Positions 1-12,200 of a DNA stretch of 64,000 nucleotides are shown in pieces. Under the pieces are notes generated by a model. It did not search any database. It had not been told where the DNA came from and was given only the letters and a program-made list of their open reading frames with translations. A program made the translations under genes and the position numbers. This DNA is from Euglena gracilis (Eukaryota), in contig CP154954.1 in NCBI GenBank assembly GCA_039621445.1, forward strand, positions 28,175,037 to 28,239,036, given 5' to 3'. Positions within the stretch are counted from its first letter, which is position 1, and every line of letters starts with the position of its first letter.

Positions 1-3000
1 GGTCAATTTTTTCTTTTGGAGCTTTGTGCCGAATTTTTTTTCTGCATTTTTGACAAGTTTTTGCCCAAACAGTTCCCAAAATGGCACTTTTGACCATTTT
101 GGGCGGTCGGTCAAAATTTTGTCCTGGCGCTTCGCCAAAAGTTTGCCACCCAGACCAAAAATCGGTCACCCAGACCTCCCCCCCCAGCTGCCCTTATATT
201 GAAGCTTCCAGGGGTCTTTAAAAAACACCTGGACGTAAAAGGTTCTTTTTTGTTTTTTGATTCTTCAGGTTAAACAATATTGTTGACATGGCTCCAACCA
301 AGTCGACAATGCTGTGGATGCTTTTTTTGATTTTGTGTTGAAAAGAGCTGAAGACCAAGGGTATCTAGGAATATTTTTTTCATGTATCTTTTGGTTATGT
401 TTTATGCTTTCCCCTTTTTTCATGCAACAAAAGTGTGCTTATATGTGTGATTTTTGTATTTTTTTCAATGGGGGCATAATGGGCCAAGGTGAGAGAAATG
501 TATGAAGAAGGGGTTTCTGTCATTGTTTGAGAATTGACGTGGTGAAGTTGTCAGATGTGAGAGGATTGGGGCCAATTCGTGTTGTGGAAATTTTTTTTCA
601 AAAAATTTACAGTTCATATGGCGTTGTTTTGACCCCCCTGATAATTCATTACTGACTCACATTTCAACCAATATGTCAACTTTCCATGATGGTAAAGTGA
701 CTGGGAACAGGCGAAAATCCAATTTGCGTTGGAAGGGTGGATACCGGCGTTGGTGCATGTGGTGAAAAATCGGCCCTGGGGAAAAGAGTAATTTACAAAA
801 AAGGAAATCAAAAATGCAAAAAAATTGTTTTTGCATACTCAAATTGCTGAATTTCATTGCAATCTGGTGGGGGCTCACCCCTGCCCACCCTGTAGTACAA
901 CGGCTGAACCCATATCTCCTCTTTTTGAGTGGTCGCATTTTGAATCCTAACACTTCCAACCAACTTGCTTTCTTGCCCTCTTGCAGATTTGAAAAGTGAG
1001 CCCCTCAGAAAGATATTGGAGCCAAGAAAAGGGGCCACTGCACCCTCTGCAGTGCAGAGGATTTCTTATCATTCGTCACAAGCAAATGAAAATGGAAACG
1101 CCGCGACGATTTTCTCTACTGGACACCAAACCTTCGGCCGCCAAACCCATATGCGAGAAATGCGCTGGCAGAAGAGCCGGAAATGGGAAAGGGGACGTAA
1201 TGGCGTTCCTTGCATTTACTCCGGACTAATCCTGCTTCCAGAACACCAGAGCTAATCAATGGAAACGAATTTTCGCTTGTGGCTTTGTTGAGGATTCCCC
1301 TTGTGCTTTTGATGGGCTCCAGCTGTTTTGCTTTTTCCCTTTTTTTGTTGAAGTTGAACAAATTTATTTACCATTGATGTTGCTTTTGGCAAAAGGGCTT
1401 GCATTGTTCCCAAAGTTCACAAATTTACAAATTGTGTTGCATCTCAAATGGCAACGTTATTTTATTGTTTCCCCGAAAAGAGTGCACTAAGTGAACGCAG
1501 AGGATTTTCCAAAAGAAAGTTTGACCAAATGCAGCCGGGATGTTGGACGCAAAGATGGAAAAGCATTTGGGGTGGATCTGTTTCTTGTCCCTGTCGTTTC
1601 AGTGTCATCGTTTGGGTGCTTGGCTATCACACTGACCCCACCGACTTTGAATTGTTTGCTTCCTTTGTCTTTTGCCTGCTGACGATGCTATTTGTTCCTC
1701 TGAATCTACAAAAATTTTGCAGAAAGGTTTCAAGTTGATATTGAAGTGTAGTCTGGTGCAAGTTTTTAGAAGTAGTTGGGTTTGTTTGTATCCCACATGC
1801 ATGTGGTTGCTGATACAACCGATAAATTTTGAGGATTTTTTAGATGGATTTTTTGTTGGTTGCACCAAAGACCAAAGACGGATATTCACAATCAACATCT
1901 GCGCTTGTGCTACAAGAAGGGATATTTTGGCAGTCTCTATCAAATAGCTTCTGGGTGGGAGTCAACTGGGCATTACCCTCTTGGCAACAACAATCAAAAA
2001 CCAGGTTTTTTTTTTAGCCCCCCCCCCCCCCCGCCAGCTAGGTGTGGAGACCAATAAAATTTGTCTGGCGTTTTAAAAAACTTTTTGTTCCCAAGGCGGT
2101 CTGAGCATCAAATGGAGTCGAAAATAAATAATATTTGCACAGACAATGATGCCAGGAAGCATTTTTTCACTGGAGTTGCTTTGTTTTCGCCGTGATTTTG
2201 TGACTCCATTTTGGCGCGTCATAGAATAATCTGCCAGAATGATTTTTTTTGTGTTTATCATTTTGTTTCACGGGTTTTTAAGGCGTTGAAAATGCCTGTG
2301 TTCCTGCTATTTCTTTGCATTCCCAAGACAGAGTAAGTCTTTGTGAAGTGTTGGGCAGGGTGGTAAAGGGGGATTATTGCCCCCCCCCCCAGCACCTGCC
2401 ATGGGTCCAGATTGTAGATTCACTTAACATCTGTGTGACCCTGGGGGCAGGTGGGTTTTCGAGGTGGGTTGGGGCCATATCATTGCTTTACACCTGTCCC
2501 ACCCCACCCCTGGGGGGTGATTGACCGGTTTTCCGACCAAGAGCCCCCCCCCCCCGGAGGTAGGCCCGAAAATGGAAAAGTGGCTTACCTGGCGCCGGAA
2601 GTTTTTTGTAATTTTTTGAGACTTTTTGGCAATAGTGCCTTGACAACATGAGCGATAACATGAGCGCATTCAAGAGTGGCCGATCCCCCCGGGTGTAAAG
2701 TGACTGACTGGTTTTTTTTAAAAAAGCAACTGACTGGTTTTTTCAGAGTGGAAGTGACCCCCCCTCCCCCCCCCCAGGGGGGGTCGCTAAGCAATGGTTG
2801 GGGCCCCGGGACTGCCGGGGGGGAGGTGCGCCCGCGGTCAGGATTTTTACCAGCCAAAGGCCGGGCCGGAAAATTCTTTTAAGGGTTTTCAGCCTATTTT
2901 GGCTGAATTTTGGGGTGGTGGTGACCTGGGGGGTGGTGGGGGGGGGGTTAAAAAACCTGGGTGGGCTGGGCCAGGGAAAAAGTCCCCATCCCCCCCCTGG

Positions 3001-3207
3001 TCACCGAGTGAATCTATGGTCCAGAAGGTCTACTTCCGCCATTTTTTTTGCATTTTTCACCAAAAAATTGGGCACAAGTTGGGTGGGGGGGGGGCAGAAA
3101 ACATGTTGAAATCCTCATTTCCACCTCCCATTGAACAACTGACGCATTGAGAGAGAGTTTTTTGCTTGTTTTCCTTTGTCGCTGCTTATCTTTTCCCTGT
3201 TTTGCAG

Positions 3208-6200
3208 GTGTCCATGCGGATTGCAGCGGATGCGCTGGTGCCCATCCAGCTGCCCGCACCTTGTGGCCCTATGTGAGCCGCAGCCTCCCGTCCATGAACA
3301 AAGGCTCCGCCAACTCCGCAGTGGCTGCATCCCCCCTGAAGCGCATCCCAACCCCGAAGTTTTCTGTGGTTGAGGTTCCCCTGGTGCAGAAAGAGGAATG
3401 GCATCCAGGCAACCAGGACACATGGCAGCATTTTTCCCCTGCTTTCAGGAATACTCTTGTTGTGTGTTTGCATGAGATATGTTTTGTTTGAAGGTATTTG
3501 AAAGTGATTTGGCGAGATGTTGTAGCTTTGCCATTTGGTTTGATGAACAGTGGACCAAAGTAGAATGAAAATTTCGCTTTTTGACACAAAGCACTAAATT
3601 TTGTTTTCCTGTCAGCTCGCACCCCCCCCCCCAATTGAAAAAAGATTACGCTGTGATTTGATTGCCTGCTGCCAACAGCCCTCCACGTATATCCGTTACC
3701 TGGAAGATGACAACAACGAGGAAGTTAATTATGATGTGGATGCTCTCACTCAGACCTGACCTGAATGGTCCACACGGCGGGGGTTTTTTTGTTTAGGACC
3801 TCTTGGGCTTCTTTTGAAGGAAGTTCACGCCCTGTGGGGGCATGGGCAGGCAGGGGGCAGGGCACAAGGCACCCCCCCCCCCCAGGGGTTACCCGCGCCC
3901 CCTTTGCCCAACGACTTTTATACCGACCCCCAGCCAGGGGTCGTACCCCCCCCCCCGGGGGGGTAATAGAGCACCAGAAATGAAATCTGTGTATATTTGT
4001 AGTGTATATTTTCCCCGATTTTTCAAAAAAGGATGTACCCCCGCTTGATTTTCTCCATCTGGGAAATTGTCAGGGTCCCGCCCAGAAAACCTGATAGGAA
4101 TTTGTCAGCATCCCTTCTATCAGCCGACCCGTCGGTGACAGAACCAAAAAAACATTTGCTTTTTTGCATTTTTGGAAATTGTGATTTGTATATTGGAGGT
4201 CTGTTCTCGACCGCCGCTGGCTTAACATTTACAATGAGAACGTTCCCAAGGCAAACGCCCTCACACTCATCCATGATGCAGCCTGCTTAGGGTTTGAAAG
4301 CTGTGTTGTTTGTGTAGATCATGGTTTTTGTTTTTTGATCGGTTAATTGCAACTCCTTCAATTGCAACTCCCAATTCTAAACAAACAAAAAATTTGCAAT
4401 AGAACAGAACCAGCTGGGATTTAGATCACCACAAACACAAACGTGCAGTATGGGGGGGTTGTCACAGCTTCCAACACTGCAATGTCATTTGAGCCCATCA
4501 AAAATCAATATGCCCCCCGAAGGTTGGTTTATTCTTTTCTCCCAGCAGATATCAGCGTGGCATGTTCTCCCCAGCCAGGCACCTACGGCCGACCAGGGCC
4601 GACCAGGGCCGACTATGATTTTTCAGGGCCCCCGTAGGTGGGGGTTTCGACCAGGGCCGACCAGGGCCGACTTGCATGTGGTTGGCCGACCGAAGGGGAA
4701 TGGATGAAGGAATTCGGCAGCTTTCCCTCTGGAACAAGCACCTCTGATGGTGCTGGGCGTTGCAGGGCGATGCTGGGTGATGCTGGATTTTTGGAGACCA
4801 GAGGTAGGGTTCCGATCAGGCATTTGCTTAAGGGATTGCAGTACCCCGGGGGGGGCTGGACTGCAGCTAGTCCAAATTTGGCTAGTGGGTTTTCTAGCAG
4901 ACCCCCCCGGGGGGGGGGTCTGCTAGCAGGGCTAGCTAGTGGAAAATTTTTTTCCAGTGACCGGCGCGAAGCGCCGAAAATTTTTTGTGGGACCCCCAAA
5001 AATGGCTAAAAATGCCCGTTTATGGGCATTTTTGGAAATTTTTCGAACAAAATCAGCCAAACCCTATTAAAAACCTCATCTTTCCTCCGGCGCGCAGCGC
5101 CGGAGGAAAATTTTTTTTTCCAGTCCGGGGGACCCCCGGACCCCCCCCCCCCCCGGGGGGGGGGGGGGGGGGGGGCTAGATTGGCCACATTTTCCCGTGT
5201 CTAGCCGATTGGCTAGCCAGTACCCCCCCCCCCCCCCGGGGCCTTTAACAAAAGACTGGTTCCGATGCCGGGGGATGTTGGGGGATGCAGGGTGGTGGTG
5301 GGGGATGCTGGGTGATGCTGGCATTATATTGTATATTTTGAAGAATTAAAACCATTTTTGGATAATTTTCTCACAAATATCCAGTTTTACACCCATTTTG
5401 GGCATTATGGATCAGTTTTTGCTAATTTGGGGGCCATTTGTCACTGGTTTGGCAAATATTGGGCTAATTTGGGTCAATCTGAGCATTTTTTATGGCATTT
5501 TGGCCATTTTGCGCCCTTTTGGTAATTTTGGGTCATTTTTCACAATCTTTTGTGGATTTTGTTGGCGTTTTTTGGGTCATTTTTGGTTATTTCAAGCCAT
5601 TTTAGGTCATTTTGGTTGCTTTTGGGGAGCCAATGGAGGCCTTATGGGGCACTTCTTTTTGACCTTGGCGAGACAATTCAGAAAATCATTGCATCCCTTC
5701 GCATTTTTTCTGTGACGGATACCCCCACCTATGGCCGATTATTTGCCGACCAGGGCCGACCAGAGCACCAAAATGGGAAGTGACCACAGGTGCCTGTCCC
5801 CAGCCTATTCCCATCACAATGTTGCAAGGCAATGAGGTCAGGGTCTGGGATGGGGTCTCCACCCCTCCCCCATGTTGTGTGTGTTTCCCTGTCACTCTTG
5901 GGCGCTGGTCCGGGAGGGGGGCTGCGCTGCGCCATGGCTGGGAAATGCTGGAGGCTGCCTTTGATCGGCTGGAAAAGCTGCGCGGCCTCTCCCAAGGCGG
6001 GTTGCCCCCTTGTCCGACCGCTGGCAGTGAACCCGTGCTGGCCTTGTCCGCCCAGCCCTCCTCGCCAGGCCTTGTTTGTCTCTGTGCAGCTGACAAAAGT
6101 GATATCACTGGGGCATTTCTGTGAAGCCCTGTGGCGATTGTGTTGTGGTTGGCTTCGTGTGGCGGAGTTGACCTCAGGTGCGTGGGGTTTGACTTGGGGA

Positions 6201-9200
6201 AAGGACGGCGCTGTGAATCAACGGCGCAAAACCAAAACAAAAAGAAGGATGTCATTTCCGCTTTTTTCTCGTTTCAGTGCCCTTCTGCGCCGTCTTCTGT
6301 GCCCTTCTGCGCCGTCTTCTGTGCTGCATTGCACAGACCAGCCAAGGGCTGTCGCCTGCAGCAGCTCAGCGACATGTATTTCTGGTGGCGGAAGCGGCTC
6401 TACTGCCGGGTGAAGAGAGTGTACCCGTTCGGCAAGCCCTTGCTGCCGCGCTTTGAAGTGCGCCCTGGACTGGCCAATGCTGGGCAAGACTGAACATGTG
6501 AGTCCTGGAAACCCTGGGCAGTGGGTTTGGCTGACCCCTCATTGTTGTTTTCACATGGTGCCGATTTTTGGCCCACATCGTCTTTCGCCACCAAAAAAGG
6601 AGTTTGTAATTTGTAATTTGTGCTGTTTGTGTTCTTTTTAGCCAGAAGCCCCAAAATATAATTTGATATAGAATTTTCTACTAGAACGGAATATAGATTT
6701 GTATAAGCAAATTCTGGTTCAAATTCCTATTTATTCTATGTGAAAGATTCTAAAACGAATTAATTATAGATTTGTTTTTTTCGAGACCCCCCTAGGACTT
6801 TGACAACATATCCGCATCTTGATGTCTCTTTTGCAAAAAACGTTTGCTTGTCAGTTGTGTCTTTGCCTCGTCCAAGCAGCACGCTTGGGTGTGTTCATTG
6901 TGGTCCTGAGCACTGCCCAGTGCCGATCCTTTTGATATCCAGCAACCATTCCACCACCGCGCAAAGGAATCTTTGCAATTTGGTGCTTTTTTGGGTGTCC
7001 TCTGTGAGCTTTTGAGCAATTTGGTGTTTTCCTCCTGTCTGCTTTTTTTGGTGGTTGGTGGAGCAGGCGTTTAGGGGGAGGTGGGTGCATTGCGTTTCAT
7101 TTACGTTTGTTTCTCGTGTTTTGTATTTTTTTTAGTTTTTGTGGCAGTCGTGATTTTGGTTGTGTGCAGTGTTGTGGTCCCGGATATATGCCATGTTATA
7201 GATTGTGAATTACCTGTGAAAATGAGTGGTCTCCACTCATTCTCCTTGACTCGATCCCGAGTTATGAGCCCCTCGAAAGGGCTCTGCGAACCACAAGCTA
7301 AATTTTGGAAGCATAGATTTTGGAGCGACAGGTTCTCGGGCATGACAGTTTCGCGGGGGGGGGTAAGCCCGTTGCTGCCGGCGCACAGTGGCACATTTGT
7401 GGGGTCAGCCAATCGAGCCGTTGGGTGTCATTGCAAAGCTCCGGATCAATATCAAAATAGTTAATCCTCCCCTCCAAGCTGCCTCCTGCGGGTGGTGAAA
7501 ACAGCCCACGACTGTAGAACCTGAGGAGTTGCGCTCCTGAAAACTTGGTGCGCAGGATTGCCCTGGAAACAGGTGTCAAAATCAAATTCGCCTTCTTAAC
7601 ACCCAGAAAAAATGACAGCAGATTCCTTCTTTGGACATTGAGAAGAGTCAAAATTATTTGCGCAACTGTCCCCGGTTCAAGCTGGCCAACACCTCTGCTG
7701 CTTTGGATGATCTCCAAGAAGATGATGCCTATGTTCTTTTCCTGCCGGTGATTTTAGGGATTATGTTTTATCCCCCCCCCCCGATTCCAACGCTCGGACC
7801 GCAAGTTTCACCTGTTCAGAACAGGCTGTATTTTAGTCGGGTGCCAACCCCACCCCGGGACTGGGTGCCTGCCTGGGCAGGCACTCCCGACCCCCCCCCC
7901 CCCCCAGGGGTAGGGTACACGGCCAAAAGTCCCCTGGCACAGACCCCGGTGCCGAAGGTGCCGGGGAGCCAAAAATGGCCTATTTTTAAAGGAATCTGTT
8001 TTGGTGCAGGCCGAAATTCGACCCCCCCCCGGGGGGGGGTAGTGGGGCGCAAGGGTGTAGACCCACCCACGGGAACCACACCAACCACACAAGGTGAGTG
8101 TATTTCCCTACCATACATCTCTTTAAGGACCCCGGAGGGGGGGTGCTGGGCTAGGGCTAGAAATTTGGGCTGGCTAGAAATTTGGGCTGGCTAGCCCGCC
8201 CCCCCCCCCCCGGGGGGGGGCTGGGCCTGAACCGGGGCGAGCTGGACTGAAATCGGAAAAGTGCCCAAAAATGACCTGCAGAACACAGTTTTGAAAAAAT
8301 GATGCACTGAAACCCCCCAAAAATGCCCCAAACGCCCCCCAAACCCCATTTTTGGCCACTTTTGAACACATTTTTTCAAAAAATTTCGGCGCTTTGCGCC
8401 GAAAAATTTTGGGCTGGACCCCCCAAAAAAGGGGCTGGCTAGCTGGGCTAGCAGCACCCCCCCCCCCCTGGGGGGTGCTGCTGCGGCTGGGCTGGGCCCA
8501 AATCGGGGCTGGCTGCAGCCCCCCCCCCCCCCGGGGGGGGGGGTTCGCAAAACCTTAGAGAGATGCATGGTCCCTACAGCGCTGGAATTTCACCAGAGTT
8601 ACTCACCCGGCCAGGGGAGCAAAAAAACAGGACTGGTGTAAGGGGTCCCTGGCCACTCACCACGCAGCAAACTGGGCCAGAAGCGAAGTTAGCGCCGGCC
8701 ATAAACAGTTAGCGCCGGCCATAATCAGGCAAGAAGCCTTGTAACTAAGGGGGGGGGTAGTGCCTGCCTGGGCAGGCACTCCGGACCCCCCTCCCCCCCA
8801 GGGTTGGTAAAAAAAACAGCCTGGTTCGGAACCAGAGATTCAATTGACACCTGCGTGACCCCCGCTCCAGGGGGGGGGTTTCAAGAGGGAGGGAGGCTCC
8901 AGGGGTTTGGACCGCAATTTTTGTTGCCGGAAATGAGGGGGGTCAATCAATTCTGGGGGATGTTCTTTCGAAATGGTGTGTTATTTTTGTGCAGGGGGTG
9001 GGCAACGGAGTCAGGCATCACCTGACAACAACGCCAGCGAGACGGTCTGGAGGGCAGGGATGACTGGGGCAGTTTTAGGGCATCTGCCCAACGAATGCTG
9101 GGAGGTTTTTTGTTCAGCATGTTTTCTTATCAAACCAACCACAGTCCAACCAGCATCAACCATCATCAGGATTCTCATTTTAACTCATTCCTCGGGGCCG

Positions 9201-12200
9201 CATGCCCAACGATGAGGGCGGTCGTTCCATGAGGCATGAGGGACAGCAAGTTTTTTTCTGCTTGAAGGCTGCCGAAAGGCCATTTTAGCGCAGCAGAGAA
9301 GTGGGTCCCCCTTAGACCAGCCCGGATGCACAGCAAGCCACCCTTCAGCCCTGGAGGTGGAGGTGCTCAATGTTCTGCGGCTCATCAAGCGGCGGGAGCA
9401 GATCAAGAAAGAGTATTTCCGTGTGCAATTCCGGATCTGGGACTTGCTCAAACGGGCCAAACCGCAGCTGGACCGCGCAGTGACGACAAGGAGGTGTTTG
9501 TTTTGCGCACATGGGAACACTAATTCAACTGAACTGACAAGCGCAAGAAAACCAAAACCTTCATCCAGCCAGACCTATTCTATAACGTTTTTTTTACAGC
9601 AACCTTTCAATATCAAATTCAATGGAACATTTCAATGGTCACAGGGTTTAGGACAGCATGCGGGAACACCTCCATCAACCACCTCTTGGGCCCAACCTTC
9701 GACACCCATGTCCAGCGTATGTACGGCACCGGTGACCCCCTGCAGACCTCCTCCCATACGAATGGCCCCACATCCCGGAAAGTCTCCAAGTTTCTTCTCA
9801 ACAACAGTTTGCTTGTATACACATGTGAGAGTGGATTGGAATGGGAAGAGATCAACCCCAGCGCATAGCCTGGCAGGCATCAAGGACGTTGCGCAGTTGC
9901 TGGAGCGGTGCCGGATGTACGAGTACCCGCTGCACCGGCTGAAGATTCGCCTGCGGCCCTCCCCAGCCATGCAGGGTTGTTGACGATGTGGACCCCCCCC
10001 CCGCACTGGCACCAGGAGTTTTTTTTTAAGTCTTGAACCCCGGGGGAGGTCCCCCAGGGGGCGGTGAGAATATTTTTCCGCCCCGAAAATTTTCGAAAAT
10101 GGTGCGCTTTTTTGGCATTTTCGCGATTTTTGGCAAAAAGTGGGTGGGGGTCTTTTAAAAAAAAACCCTGACTGGCGTCTCCCGGCCCGCATCAGCTCAG
10201 CTCTGCTTGCCGCCGCCCCGCCTCATGTGCCGTGTGACGTAACGCCGTGCTTCGGCCGCCTGGGGCAGATCATCTGGCCGGTGCGGCTGCCGCTGTGCCC
10301 CGGCCCAACGCGCGCCGATGCTGCAGGTGGCAGTGCCAATGTGCGACAGGGACTGTGCCGAGGGCCCTGGTGTTCATTTATACTCAAGGAAATGAGGAAA
10401 ATTTGTTTAGCATTTTTTTTCGCTTTTGGCAGGGGATGCGTGTTTTTGAAGGCGTACGTTTAGTCAGGAATGATTTTGGAACCACTCATGACGTCACGTT
10501 TTTTTTTGTCCAAAGAATATACAACAAAATTATTGCTTTTTTGGAGACTGAAACTGGCAGGATTCCCACCATTTTTTTTTACCGTGACCAGACGAGGGTT
10601 CAAAATAACTGAGAAGTTGAAAACATGATTTTGTTTCGTTTTGTGGATGTTTGGTGGATGGGTAATGTTCGCCAGGAAAGCATTTTCCTCACTGCAAACA
10701 ATGCCGAGGTCGCAAAATTAACCATTTTTATCTGGTTGGTTTGCCCTCAAATGAAGGAATGCCCTCGGGATGAGATTTTTTGTGGTTTGCCTCCACCCCA
10801 CGGAAGAGCATCGGAGGCACACCGCCTGCCCCAAGCGTCCGACGGGGACACGGGGCCACCGCTTCCAGCCGAAGGGGCTGCCCCCCAACCATACCATTGC
10901 TGAAGGGGTTTCTCCCCCTCACCCCTGGGGGGTGACGGCTGGCTTTTTTGAGAGTGATTGACCGGCCTTAGATCAGGAATGGGCATGACTGAAAGCGGTC
11001 ACCTGCCCCCCAAGAATTTTGGCCAAACTCATTGATTTTGCGCATTTTGAAGAGTGGCCACAGTGACCGGGATGGGAAGTGGATGACTGGTTGTTGAAAG
11101 TGGCTGATTGCTTTTTCGAAATGCGGAAAGTCCCCCCCCCAGGGTACGATAGCAATGGCATCCTCCGACCCCCAACGACCTCCGGCCTGGGACATGGCCC
11201 CCTGCATGGACCTTTGCCACCCCTCGCTGTGGGCGGAACACCGTTGAAATCAGAGCCGGTGCAAGTCCCTGGGGCGGGCGCGGTGAGGGGCTTCACCCCG
11301 ACGCATGGTGTTGATGGATGACCTGGACAACATGGATTGGGCTCAGGCTCGCTGCTTCTTCTCAAAAGGGTTCCCCCCCCATGTCAACACATGCAGCACA
11401 AAGTGATCTTTCAGCTGTTGTTGTGGGGTTGGCCCCCAGGAATCTCGTCAATTCTGTTCCAAAGAGCCAAAGAGGTCCAGGCAGGCTGGATTTTTCAGTC
11501 AAAGCTAGCCAAAAAGTAGTAATTTATTTGGCAAGACCTGGCCAATAAATCCCGTGTCTCCTCTAAAGATCACTCCTCAACGCCATAACAAGACACCAGA
11601 AAAATGTTTTCAAAAACTTCAAAGGATTTTTTTAAAGGTTCTTTAGACCCGTCGACCTTGGTCTTCCAAGGTCGACGGGTCCGAAATCAGAAGTCGAAAA
11701 ATTGTTTTCTTCGATCATGGATGCCGCTCTTCCAGAAAAAAATTCCTGGATTTGGCTTGTTTTGGCCAGATTTTGCAATTTCAGTTGTGCTCGGTCAGAA
11801 GAAATATTTTGCCAGAATGATGTTTTTTTGGCTTTTTGAAGGTATTTTTAGGACGGCAGCATTTGCAGGGAGGTTTCGAGGTCCTGAAGCCGCCTTTAGA
11901 GAATGCAAGGCACCTTAGGTGCCAAAGGAATTTCTTTACCTGAAAAATTAGTGCCCTGAAAAAAAATTGGAAGAGGTGGGCCCACAACCAAGGCAGGAAT
12001 AACGCTGAATAAATTTGACCCCACCCCAACCTGCTGTTTTTTTCCTGTATTTTGCAATTGCAAAAAGGGCTACAAAAATGGAACCTCCCTGGGTGATTGA
12101 AAAACCCTCTGCTCACCAGTGGGATTTCTTGACCTTGGTGACGCAAAGCCCTGCTGCAAATTGGGTTTCGGACACTGATTCTCCACCGCGGAAACGTTCA

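Noticed and set aside
270-1255. Possible exons of an upstream gene (VDAFFDFVLKRAEDQG; KIQFALEGWIPALVH; KPICEKCAGRR)
   Set aside because: Plausible splice signals exist, but I could not build a consistent frame or recognise a family.
3244-3332. Candidate non-conventional intron ATC-CAGCTGC...GTGGCTG-CATCC in the first EPL1 exon
   Set aside because: Copy 2 destroys the CTG with changes that are synonymous in the coding frame (GCT>GCG, GCA>GCG), which indicates exon sequence.
5398-5715. 105-aa hydrophobic ORF resembling a membrane protein
   Set aside because: T/G-rich low-complexity sequence inside an intron; the composition explains the F/L/G bias.
6048-6060. Alternative intron 5' arm GCC-CAGCCCT
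   Set aside because: It gives a frameshift with 3+5 spacing; the arm at 6066 pairs over a longer stretch and keeps the frame.
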